Shown here: one piece after another, positions 1 to 9,138 of the stretch
Numbering within the stretch: position 1 is the stretch's first letter
Layout of the letters: each line of letters begins with the position of its first letter
Assembly (NCBI GenBank): GCA_965231075.1
Contig: OZ246412.1
Location: 463,282 to 527,281 of the forward strand
Direction: 5' to 3'
Source of the DNA: an uncultured Candidatus Saccharibacteria bacterium
GTDB taxonomy: Bacteria; Patescibacteriota; Minisyncoccia; RBG-13-40-8-A
DNA length: 64,000 nt
Program-made: the position numbers and the translations under genes
The notes under the pieces: generated by a model
Seen by the model: the letters and a program-made list of their open reading frames with translations, nothing else
The model's database searches: none
Told to the model about the DNA's origin: nothing

Positions 1-183
1 ACAATAACCTCGTAATTCTTTTGGAACGTCTTCTGGTTTTCGAATTTCTTCTTGAAAACCCTCTGAGAAAAGGGCCATATGTGTGCCTTCGGCAATATCA
101 TGTAAAGCAAAAACTCCCACTCCAGCATTTTTTATTGTGGATGGTTTTAAAATAAACGAAAAATGATCAGTTTTATTTTTCAT
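1..183 (-). CDS. hypothetical protein, N-terminal part only (gene runs off the window start)
   Basis: minus-strand ATG at 181-183 opens a frame (MKNKTDHFSFILKPSTIKNAGVGVFALHDIAEG...) that continues past position 1; absent from the ORF track because truncated. Confidence 0.3.
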   Translation of the reverse strand, partial: MKNKTDHFSFILKPSTIKNAGVGVFALHDIAEGTHMALFSEGFQEEIRKPEDVPKELRGYC

Positions 184-245
184 GTCTCCATTCTAACAGA
201 AAAATCGTCTTATTGAAAGACGGCTTTACTGGGGTTATTATTTTT

Positions 246-1568
246 TTATTCCGTTAGCAATGTCAGCGTTTTGTCTTTATAAACAATTCTCGATCTTAAG
301 TTTCCGAGCAACTCTCTTTTCTCTGATACCGATCCCTCTTTTAAAATATACTTTGCGTAATTTCGTATATCCATATCTTCTCTATTTTTGACCTTATCCG
401 TGCTACCCAATACCGATCTTTGAAATATATTGAATCTTGCAATTTCATCTTCTAATTTTTGTCGCATTCCAAGTTCATTGATATTTACCCTATCCAATAT
501 CTTCAATAACTCGGCAATTAATTCTTCTTCACGAATATATTTGTTCTTACAGTTGCGATCTACACCTCGACTACAACCATAATAAATATAATGAGCTAAG
601 GTGCCATTTTTGAGCGGTTTCCATTTTTCCTCGGCTGATATGCCGGACCCGCAATAACCACACGTAAATAGCTTTGTAAAAGCGAATTCTTTGTTTTCTC
701 TAACTATCTGATCTCGTTTTAATTGCACCTTGGCTTTTTCAAACAAATCTTGAGTGATAATTGGTTCATGTTTGCCGGTATACCAATTTCCGCTTTCTTT
801 GGGATGTTCAAAAACTCCATAATAGAATGGATTATCTAATATACGATAAACTCCACTGAGCGTAAGAGGTTTATTGCCTCTTGTATAAAAATTCAATTCA
901 AATTTAAGCCAGTTATATATCTTTCTACCCGAATAATGTTCAAACGCTACTTTTTCAAACATCTTTTTAATAATCGGTGCTCGCAATGGGTCAATGATGA
1001 TCTGACACTTCTTATCCATATGTTTTTGATTCAAATATCCAAGTGGTGCCATTCCTGGCCACAATCCCATTTCTACTCTTGTTCTTAATCCTCGCTTTAC
1101 ATTAATACCCCTGTTGTCATTTTCTAATTTCGCCTGAGATCCCAAAATCATCAGCAAGAATTTCTCATTTGGATTATTACCAAATCTTTGTCCAAATGTT
1201 CGTATGTCTAAGAGGGCACCCGAATCCATTAAATCTACAATTTTTCCTAAATCGCCAGCATTCCTTGAAATACGATCCGGCGCCCAAGTGAGAATACCAT
1301 TAAATTTACCCTGTTTTAATTCTTCAATAATCTCATTGAAGACTGGCCGTTGTCCAGTTTCTTTAGCTGAGTGCGATTCTCGCTTCATTGTTACTACTTC
1401 TAAATTCTCTCTTTCAGCCAATTGAAGCATCTCTTTGATTTGGCTATCGATAGAAAGGACTTGTCGTTCCTCTGATTCTGTTGATTTCCTCGCGTAAAGA
1501 CAATATTTAATTTTCGTTGGAACTATTGTTTTGCCCGTAGTCCCCATGGGCATTTGCGCTGTATTCAT
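246..1568 (-). CDS. large serine recombinase (resolvase/invertase catalytic domain + recombinase domain + zinc ribbon)
   Basis: N-terminal YARKSTESEERQ..SIDSQ serine-recombinase catalytic motif; C-terminal CGYCGSG...YYGCS zinc-ribbon; 440 aa typical of phage/ICE large serine integrases. Confidence 0.85.
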   Translation of the reverse strand: MNTAQMPMGTTGKTIVPTKIKYCLYARKSTESEERQVLSIDSQIKEMLQLAERENLEVVTMKRESHSAKETGQRPVFNEIIEELKQGKFNGILTWAPDRISRNAGDLGKIVDLMDSGALLDIRTFGQRFGNNPNEKFLLMILGSQAKLENDNRGINVKRGLRTRVEMGLWPGMAPLGYLNQKHMDKKCQIIIDPLRAPIIKKMFEKVAFEHYSGRKIYNWLKFELNFYTRGNKPLTLSGVYRILDNPFYYGVFEHPKESGNWYTGKHEPIITQDLFEKAKVQLKRDQIVRENKEFAFTKLFTCGYCGSGISAEEKWKPLKNGTLAHYIYYGCSRGVDRNCKNKYIREEELIAELLKILDRVNINELGMRQKLEDEIARFNIFQRSVLGSTDKVKNREDMDIRNYAKYILKEGSVSEKRELLGNLRSRIVYKDKTLTLLTE

Positions 1569-1662
1569 ATACTTAATGAATGACGCAACCTATTTCGAGA
1601 GTCAAGAGCGTCCCATGTAGGCAAACTGTCGATAAATTATCTTGTGGTATTGTCCATTATTA

Positions 1663-2988
1663 CTACATCATCGGATTATCGTAAGGGTCAAAACGTTCCT
1701 CTTCTTCCTCTTCTGTGTCGTAATCATAAAAACCTGAATCATTATTTATTTTGCTCTCAATTATAGAGGCGTAACGATGAACATCGGCAGCATGAGATGT
1801 CCAATTATGATACGGAACTTCTCTAAACATATTTTTCTTATCATCCCATTCTCGTTTATATTCCGAAATGGCATTAATCCACAACGCACAATTGTTTTCA
1901 TCAACCATTAACATATTAAACGCGAATTTACCCATCTGAATGCCTTCATCAACTCCAAGTCTAGAATCAATAACGCTAAAGGATATACCAAGATCTTTAG
2001 CATAATCAATTCTCGTTTTTCCTGTACTTGTTTCTCTGGTGTTGATATCATGAGGCGCAAAATGTTTTCCGTAATTATATTCTTTTTGTTTTACTGCCAA
2101 CACGGCCTGATCGATCCCATCATTCTCGGTCCCTTGCCAATAATCAATCATATGCAACATTGCTCCGACGCGTTGATAAAATCCGATTGCCATAGCTGGA
2201 CCCACGCCTATATCCCACACAGTATGCACTTTAAATTCTTTTCTCCAAGGAACCATGCCTATACGATTATCGTTTCTTAACATCGCCAGTTCTTCTGCAT
2301 AGACCGCACCCTTAGTCGAAGCATTAAATGAGCAATAAAGCTCTTGCATAAATTCCTCGTGCGACATTGTTCTTCTGGAATTTTCTATCTCTTTCTGGCT
2401 AATGGTTCCTGTATCATCTGCCGTAAGATGGCAAGTAAACCATTCGCTATCATTCTTGTGAGTCTCATATAATAGATAGAATTCATTTCTGCCCTTTGGC
2501 GTTCCAATCCAAATACCATATCCTCCGTTATCAATAAGCGTTGGCCGAATTACTTCAGTAAAGATATTACTCGGCTGCATGCCGTATTCATCGAATACGA
2601 CCCCGCTCAAACCAATTCCTCTTAATCGATCAGGGTTTTCTGCGCCATACAATGTTATTTTTGACCCGCCAGGAAATTCTACTGATAATTCTGATTCTTT
2701 ACATTTTACTCCTGGAAATCTCGTATATCTTTTCAAAATACTCCATCCGGCGCTTTTGGCCATCTTATAGGTTGGAGCAATATACGCATAGTTAGTGCCA
2801 GGATTTTTTATTGCACTAAATATAAGATAATTTAGGGCTGCAGTTGTTTTGCCCGCACGTCGATGCACAACAAGCACCATCCAACGTTTATCGGTCTCAT
2901 GAAATGGGATTGCCCAATTTCGTGGCCGATATAGACTTAAAGATTTTTTGTCCATAAGTTTAATGTTTCTGGTTATGATTAAACTCAA
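1663..2988 (-). CDS. phage terminase large subunit-like ATPase/nuclease
   Basis: Walker A HRRAGKTTAA, Walker B hhhFDEYG (VVFDEYGM), size 441 aa, immediately downstream of a small HTH gene. Confidence 0.7.
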   Translation of the reverse strand: MSLIITRNIKLMDKKSLSLYRPRNWAIPFHETDKRWMVLVVHRRAGKTTAALNYLIFSAIKNPGTNYAYIAPTYKMAKSAGWSILKRYTRFPGVKCKESELSVEFPGGSKITLYGAENPDRLRGIGLSGVVFDEYGMQPSNIFTEVIRPTLIDNGGYGIWIGTPKGRNEFYLLYETHKNDSEWFTCHLTADDTGTISQKEIENSRRTMSHEEFMQELYCSFNASTKGAVYAEELAMLRNDNRIGMVPWRKEFKVHTVWDIGVGPAMAIGFYQRVGAMLHMIDYWQGTENDGIDQAVLAVKQKEYNYGKHFAPHDINTRETSTGKTRIDYAKDLGISFSVIDSRLGVDEGIQMGKFAFNMLMVDENNCALWINAISEYKREWDDKKNMFREVPYHNWTSHAADVHRYASIIESKINNDSGFYDYDTEEEEEERFDPYDNPMM

Positions 2989-3328
2989 CGTCTAGTGGCG
3001 TACTTATTTCGACCTTTGTTTTGTTATACTTCGGATGACACTTATTAAGACGATAAAGAACCGCCGGCCAGTATTTTTCTTTTATTAACAACAACAACTG
3101 ATGTTCGCTCATGTCGTTAATAAATTCATCGCCCTCAGCCATGGCATCTTCAACGGCCTTAGCAAATTCCGGATCTTCATTCCGCCACCGATAATAAGTG
3201 GCTTTTCCGACTCCAGCTTTCTCGCACGCCAACAACTGAATTGGGTATTTTCTCAGTTGCTCAAGTAAAATTTCTTTTTCTTTTACTTGTCTTGCTTTAA
3301 TTGTTTTTCGTTTTTTAGCGTTGTTCAT
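2960..3328 (-). CDS. small basic HTH protein, possible terminase small subunit
   Basis: 122 aa, basic N-terminus, HTH-like segment KATYYRWRNEDPEFAKAV; overlaps the start of the terminase-large-like gene (translational coupling). Confidence 0.35.
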   Translation of the reverse strand: MNNAKKRKTIKARQVKEKEILLEQLRKYPIQLLACEKAGVGKATYYRWRNEDPEFAKAVEDAMAEGDEFINDMSEHQLLLLIKEKYWPAVLYRLNKCHPKYNKTKVEISTPLDVEFNHNQKH

Positions 3329-4650
3329 ACAATTTTTTTGGCTTTTTGGCCAGTTAATTTTTCCCAGCGATATTTAATTACTTCTGTATATACTGGCGAC
3401 TTCTCCATTACATAACAACGTCGTTTCATTTTTTCGGCTGCAATTAAGGTGCTTCCCGACCCACCAAACGGTTCAACGATTAAATCATCGCGTTTGGTTA
3501 AGACTTTAATATATGGAATCAAAATCTCAATTGGCTTCGTGCCAAATACAACTCCTTGTCCGGAGTGTTTAGCATCTTCGGCGCGAAACTCGACGAAATC
3601 GCTTGGACAATATTTTTTTCCACCTTGATATTTTTCCCATTGCGGTTTGCCACTCGTTGCGTAGAGTGCTGTCTCGTATTCGTTTTGTAATAACTCTTCT
3701 TCCGGTTCAATGTTAAGTTGCTTATTTTTGGAACTTCCGACTAACGCAAAATCATATTTGTTGAAGAATTTGTATTTTGCCGAGAATCCCTGAGAACGAT
3801 TAGGCAAATGCCAAATGATCATATTCCGCACACGCCATCGTTTTTCAATTTCTGTCCAAATATGCGGAGCATTCTTCCAATACTCAAACACAATAATGCT
3901 GAAATCTTCTTTTGCAACAGTTTTTATATTCGTCATCCACTGTTCGGTAAAATTATCTGGCAATTCATCTGTTTCAAGATACCGACGATCACGTTTGTAA
4001 CCGAATCCTTTTTTTGTATTACCACGTCGCTTAATGCCCTGGAGGTATGCGAGCAAATAAGGAGGATCAGTGAACGACATATCTGCCTTTTCCCTATTCA
4101 TGAGCTTCAAGATATCTTTTTTAACAGTAGAATCTCCACACATTAAGCGGTGTGGTCCGAGCTGATACACATCGCCTTTCTTTACTTTAATCTTTTTGAT
4201 ATCCAGTTTGGCAAGTTCTTTTTCTAAATCAAACTCTTCTGCTACATCTTCGACCGCAAATATGTTGTCCAATTCTTCTGACGCAAATCCGATATCTGCC
4301 AAAAACGATTCCTTAAAATTAGTTAGCATGTCCCAGTCAAATTCTCCGGTATTTTTATTTAGTCGGATATTTAATTCTTTTTCTCTTTCAATGTCGGCAA
4401 TGTTTAAATACACAACCGGGATTTCTTTAAATTTTAATTCTTTAGCCGCCCGCAATCTCATGTGACCACCAATTACAACATTTTTTCTATTTGAAGCAAT
4501 GTTTACAATTATTGGATCAACTATTTGGAACCGCTTTATGCTTTTCTTCAGCTGTTCCATTGATTCTTTACTAATTTTTCGAGGATTATATTCGGATGGC
4601 TTAAGTTCGTTTATTGGAACATAAACGATATTTAGTTTATTATTTTGCAT
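3325..4650 (-). CDS. ParB-like nuclease domain fused to beta-class N6A/N4C DNA methyltransferase
   Basis: N-terminal ParB/Srx fold motif (NPRKISKESMEQLKKSIKRFQIVDPIIV...GGHMRLRAAKEL); C-terminal methyltransferase motif IV TDPPY followed by motif I EPFGGSGST. Confidence 0.8.
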   Translation of the reverse strand: MQNNKLNIVYVPINELKPSEYNPRKISKESMEQLKKSIKRFQIVDPIIVNIASNRKNVVIGGHMRLRAAKELKFKEIPVVYLNIADIEREKELNIRLNKNTGEFDWDMLTNFKESFLADIGFASEELDNIFAVEDVAEEFDLEKELAKLDIKKIKVKKGDVYQLGPHRLMCGDSTVKKDILKLMNREKADMSFTDPPYLLAYLQGIKRRGNTKKGFGYKRDRRYLETDELPDNFTEQWMTNIKTVAKEDFSIIVFEYWKNAPHIWTEIEKRWRVRNMIIWHLPNRSQGFSAKYKFFNKYDFALVGSSKNKQLNIEPEEELLQNEYETALYATSGKPQWEKYQGGKKYCPSDFVEFRAEDAKHSGQGVVFGTKPIEILIPYIKVLTKRDDLIVEPFGGSGSTLIAAEKMKRRCYVMEKSPVYTEVIKYRWEKLTGQKAKKIV

Positions 4651-5364
4651 GTTTTTTGGCGATTATTAATTTTTATTTTTTTATGCTGATTAATATCGAC
4701 CGTGGCCTTCAGGAGCACACATTGATCAGTAGAACGCAAAACGAGGAACGCACAAATGCGTTCCTCGTATGATTAAAATGGAAAAATCCAGAAGTTAAAC
4801 CACAAAGATACGCATTGCAACGCAATGTTTTAATGATTTAACTTCCGGATTTTTACGAGCGATCTTCACTCAAGAATGTTGGGTCACTTCTGTTGTTCTG
4901 ATCTGATTTTGTGAGCACATTCACTCACAAAGCAATAAATACTGAACTATGCGACAGAAGGTTGAATAAACCTCGAAAAGTTTTTGGATCTATTTTATTT
5001 TTAATGCTCTATTTTAATGTTAGCAAATTTTATTAAAATGTCAAGTCCAACATTATGCCTAACAGCCCATAATGAGTCAACCTGTTGGTAACTCGACTTC
5101 GCAAAGCCATTAAAATGAGATAACATGGGATTGATGTAGAAATCGATTTAAGTTATAATTCAATTAACAATTAAATAGCTTATAAGCAGATCTAAACCAT
5201 TTAGAGAAATCTGATGGCATGATCCAAAAACGTTCAACACAGAAAGCTCTTAGTCAGAGCACGTGTTGAACGTCATATCAGGAAACTGATATGGGTCCCG
5301 CAAGGGATCGCTGGCTAGGAGCTTTGTGTTTCTCGCCAATAATAATTAAAATCTATACAAAAAC

Positions 5365-5844
5365 ATGGGAAAATTAACAAATAAACTTAATCTCAAAATA
5401 CCAACATTTCTAAGGTGGATATTGTTTATTCCCGTTACTTTAATAATTTATAAAATTATTACCTTCGTAGTTTATCTCGGGGTTACTTTTTTGTTTCATT
5501 TTCTGGGCACACTGCATTGGTATCTCTTAATAATAATTCTGTTTCCTGCCGTTATCCTGCTAATAATTATTGCTGGTGGTATATGGGCTTGTTTCTATCT
5601 GGGGCTATCTCTCAGTCCTAATAAATTATTGTGCTGGCTACTCTCTGCGTGGCTTATATTCTCAGCGATTTCAACTATTCATGGATACTACTCACCAATC
5701 CCGCAGCAAGGTATTGATATTTCAATGCCCTGTTGGGCATATGTGATATTGCAAGCATATATTATTATCAGCTTAATAATGGCTGCCATTGTTAGTGGAA
5801 AAAATATTTCAAATAGAGAAGATAATAAAAATCAGGTAAAATAA
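5365..5844 (+). CDS. hypothetical polytopic membrane protein
   Basis: 159 aa, 4-5 hydrophobic helices, no recognisable motif. Confidence 0.4.
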   Translation: MGKLTNKLNLKIPTFLRWILFIPVTLIIYKIITFVVYLGVTFLFHFLGTLHWYLLIIILFPAVILLIIIAGGIWACFYLGLSLSPNKLLCWLLSAWLIFSAISTIHGYYSPIPQQGIDISMPCWAYVILQAYIIISLIMAAIVSGKNISNREDNKNQVK

Positions 5845-5848
5845 ATCT

Positions 5849-6247
5849 ATGAAGCTTTATTTTGACATTGATGGAGTTCTTATCGCACAAGGACGGAAAC
5901 CGGCTAACTATGTAGCCGAGTTTCTTAAAATAGCAACAGAGAAGCATAATTGCTATTGGCTTACAACTCATTGCAAGGATAGCTCCGAAGCTTCAATTGC
6001 GATGGATCACATTAAAGACGTCTTGCCAGCAGAAGCTATTTCTTATTGTGAACGAATTAAACCCACAGAATGGTCTCTAAAAAAAACCGAAGCAATTGAT
6101 CTTGATTCTGATTTTCTTTGGTTTGACGATGTTTCGTTTGATTTTGAAAAAGAAGTTCTATCGCAACACAATAAATCCAGCAATTTTGTGCTGGTTGATT
6201 TGATAAATAACCCCGATCAATTAAAAGAGTTAATTAAGTTATTATAG
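5849..6247 (+). CDS. hypothetical protein with HAD-like motif I (FDIDGVL)
   Basis: 132 aa; N-terminal DxDGV motif typical of HAD phosphatases, too short for a full HAD fold. Confidence 0.35.
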   Translation: MKLYFDIDGVLIAQGRKPANYVAEFLKIATEKHNCYWLTTHCKDSSEASIAMDHIKDVLPAEAISYCERIKPTEWSLKKTEAIDLDSDFLWFDDVSFDFEKEVLSQHNKSSNFVLVDLINNPDQLKELIKLL

Positions 6248-6262
6248 ATTTATAAATACTTA

Positions 6263-6291
6263 TTGACAGCAGATTTTATTTAAAATAATGT
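6263..6291 (+). promoter_or_regulatory. sigma70-like promoter (TTGACA-17-TAATGT) upstream of ORF 6493
   Basis: ttgacagcagattttatttaaaataatgt read directly; followed by a GC-rich ~110 nt leader. Confidence 0.4.
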
Positions 6292-6492
6292 AGATACATA
6301 CAATTGAATACGTTAATTATCAAGAGTGTGGCGAGAGCACTGGCTCAATGACCCACCGGCAACCCTTTAAGGCGACTCCTCAAGGAAGGTGCCAATTCCA
6401 GCTCCAAAAGGAGAAAGATAAAAGGTCGATTTTTTATTACTCTTTCTTTGTGGAAAGAGTTTTTTAATTATTAAATTAGTAAAAATAAAAAT

Positions 6493-6906
6493 ATGGAAAG
6501 TTTTGAAGAACAATTGAAACAAGGAATTCTTTATGGATTTATTCCCAAAGAGTTACAAATAGAGGGGCGTCCGGAATTAAACGTTTTTCCATTTAACGTT
6601 CTTTTTATGCGATTTAAACAAGAAGACGGGAAAACAATTTCCGGAAGCGCAGTATATGATCCAGATTTAAATTCGTTACAACAAGGCGCAGATAAATGGT
6701 CTATGCGTTACAATAACGCTTATGGTGGCGATAGTTGGCTTATAGTCGAATATGATATTGTGAGCAGGGGTTATCATGGTAAAAAATTCGTGAATGGTAA
6801 GTGCGTCGGAATAACAGATGGCCTAGAATGGAAAGGATTTTTTATACATCTCACCATATTGGGCCTATCCAATGGTGAACAATGCAGATTTGAGACTGTC
6901 GATTAA
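6493..6906 (+). CDS. hypothetical protein
   Basis: 137 aa ORF with AT-rich genome-typical codon usage; no motif recognised. Confidence 0.4.
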   Translation: MESFEEQLKQGILYGFIPKELQIEGRPELNVFPFNVLFMRFKQEDGKTISGSAVYDPDLNSLQQGADKWSMRYNNAYGGDSWLIVEYDIVSRGYHGKKFVNGKCVGITDGLEWKGFFIHLTILGLSNGEQCRFETVD

Positions 6907-7657
6907 ATTTCTCCAAAATCCAATTCAGGGACTGGAAAAAAGAGAAGAAAAGAGATATGATGAAGATGTAATGAAATCTATAAAAAACAATAGATTTATA
7001 ATTAAATCCAAGCAGAGAATCAAGGACCATGGAGAAGTATTTACTCCTGATTTTATTGTGCAAGAAATGCTTGATTTGGTAAAAAATGAAACTGAAAGGA
7101 TTGAATCCCGATTTTTGGAACCAGCTTGTGGCGATGGAAATTTTTTAGCTCCGATACTTGAGAGAAAACTTGAAGTGGTAAAGAGCAAATATAAATCAAG
7201 CCAAGTTGAATTTGAACGGAATGCTCTTTTGGCAGTGAGTAGTATTTATGGCGTTGAATTGTTGCAAGACAACGTTGTAGCGTGTATTGAGCGACTTTAT
7301 AAAATTGTTGATGAAGTATATTCAAAATTATACAAAGAAAAGTGCAGTATTGATTTTAGAAAAAGCATTCGATTTGTATTAAACAGGAATATCTTGCAAG
7401 GCAACGCGCTTGATCTAAAAACTTCTGATGGCAAAGAGCATATAGTTTTCTCCGAATGGTCACCTGCAAATGGCAGTTCAATTAAGAGAAGAGATTTTAG
7501 ATTTTTGGCTCTATCTAATTTTTATAAACCAGGCACATTGCCACTTGATTCAGTAAAAGAACTTTCAGATACCGGCGAAACCGTATTTTCCCCAATGCCG
7601 ATAAAAGAATTTCCGTTGAAACACTATCTTAAACTTGATTATGAAGATGCAAAATAA
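6872..7657 (+). CDS. N6-adenine methyltransferase-like protein lacking the catalytic NPPY/DPPY motif (methyltransferase paralog / possible partner subunit)
   Basis: motif X FTP ([13 protein letters not shown]) and motif [11 protein letters not shown] present, no motif IV anywhere in 261 aa; overlaps downstream methyltransferase gene start. Confidence 0.5.
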   Translation: MVNNADLRLSIKFLQNPIQGLEKREEKRYDEDVMKSIKNNRFIIKSKQRIKDHGEVFTPDFIVQEMLDLVKNETERIESRFLEPACGDGNFLAPILERKLEVVKSKYKSSQVEFERNALLAVSSIYGVELLQDNVVACIERLYKIVDEVYSKLYKEKCSIDFRKSIRFVLNRNILQGNALDLKTSDGKEHIVFSEWSPANGSSIKRRDFRFLALSNFYKPGTLPLDSVKELSDTGETVFSPMPIKEFPLKHYLKLDYEDAK

Positions 7658-9137
7658 TTACAATCCGGACGTATTGTCGTGTTTAGCAAATCTTAGTAGT
7701 GATGAAGTTTTCACACCACCAAAATTAGCGAACGAAATATTAGATTTGCTTCCTCAAAAAATTTGGAAAGATAAAAACGCAACTTTTTTGGATCCGGTTT
7801 GTAAGTCGGGAGTATTCCTTCGCGAAATTGCAAGAAGATTGTTAGAGGGACTTAAAGAAGAAATCCCAGATATACAAAAACGCGTTGATCATATTTATAG
7901 GAATCAGCTTTTTGGAATAGGCATTACTGGATTGACCTCACTACTTTCTAGGCGCAGCTTGTATTGTTCAAAATCCGCTAATGGAAAATACTCTGTATCT
8001 AACACTTTTAATAATGAACAAGGTAATATTTCTTTCGAAAAGACGGAGCATGATTGGAAAAACGGAAGATGCTCTTTTTGTGGAGCTAGCCAATCAGAGT
8101 ATCAGCGTGAGAAGGGGCTCGAAACTCACGCTTATCAATTTATACATAATAAAAAACCTAATATAATAAACAATATGAAATTTGATGTAATTATAGGCAA
8201 CCCGCCTTATCAACTCGCGACAGGAGGAGCACAAGCACAAGCGACTCCCTTATATGATAAATTTGTTTTGCAGGCGAAGAAATTAAACCCACGCTTTTTA
8301 ACAATGATCATACCATCAAGATGGTTTTCAGGCGGGATGGGATTAAATGAATTTAGGGCAGAGATGTTAAAAGATACCAGAATAAGAAAATTGATTGATT
8401 ACCCAATATCATCAGAATGTTTTCCTGGTGTCGAGATTAAGGGGGGTGTATGCTATTTCCTTTGGGATAGGGAGAATAAAGGATTGTGTGAAGTTACTTC
8501 TATTAGAGGTGACAGAAAAACCATTTCTCAGAGACCCTTGTTGGAAGAGGGTCAAGACATTTTTATTAGATTTAATGAGGCATTGTCAATTTTATCTAAA
8601 GTAAAAAAACTTAAGGAAAAGTCTTTCTCCGATATCGTAAGTCCACAAAAACCTTTTGGTTTCCCAACAAATTTTAGAGGAAAAACTAAGCCATTCAAAA
8701 ACGCAGTTAAAATTTATGTCACAAAAGAAATAAATTACGTAAATAGAGAAGATATTTCTACTAATCTTGATTGGATTAATCAATATAAAATATTAATTAC
8801 CAAGGGTTATGGTGCTGGCGAAGATTACCCCCATCAGATAATTAATAAACCAATTCTAGCTGAACCAGGAAGTTGTTGTTCTGAGACTTATATTGTCTTG
8901 GGAACATTTTCAAATAAAACACAAGCTCAAAATGCAATATCCTATATAGAGACAAAATTCTTCCGATTTTTGGTGATGTTACAAAAAAACACTCAGGACG
9001 CATTGAGACGTGTTTATACTCTTGTCCCAATACAAGATTTTTCTGAATCATGGACTGACGAAAAGTTATATAAAAAATACAAATTAACAAAAGAAGAAAT
9101 TGAGTTTATTGAATCTATGATTCGTCCGATGAAATAA
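7635..9137 (+). CDS. gamma-class N6-adenine DNA methyltransferase (Eco57I/TaqI-like arrangement) with C-terminal target-recognition region
   Basis: motif X VFTPP, motif [12 protein letters not shown], motif [10 protein letters not shown] in canonical gamma order; ~300 aa C-terminal extension. Confidence 0.8.
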   Translation: MIMKMQNNYNPDVLSCLANLSSDEVFTPPKLANEILDLLPQKIWKDKNATFLDPVCKSGVFLREIARRLLEGLKEEIPDIQKRVDHIYRNQLFGIGITGLTSLLSRRSLYCSKSANGKYSVSNTFNNEQGNISFEKTEHDWKNGRCSFCGASQSEYQREKGLETHAYQFIHNKKPNIINNMKFDVIIGNPPYQLATGGAQAQATPLYDKFVLQAKKLNPRFLTMIIPSRWFSGGMGLNEFRAEMLKDTRIRKLIDYPISSECFPGVEIKGGVCYFLWDRENKGLCEVTSIRGDRKTISQRPLLEEGQDIFIRFNEALSILSKVKKLKEKSFSDIVSPQKPFGFPTNFRGKTKPFKNAVKIYVTKEINYVNREDISTNLDWINQYKILITKGYGAGEDYPHQIINKPILAEPGSCCSETYIVLGTFSNKTQAQNAISYIETKFFRFLVMLQKNTQDALRRVYTLVPIQDFSESWTDEKLYKKYKLTKEEIEFIESMIRPMK

Positions 9138-9138
9138 T

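Noticed and set aside
1570-1662. Searched recombinase-proximal intergenic regions for a repeat of the tRNA-Ser 3' end as an att site
   Set aside because: Only a trivial ttcgaat match at 30-50 nt; no convincing direct repeat inside the window.
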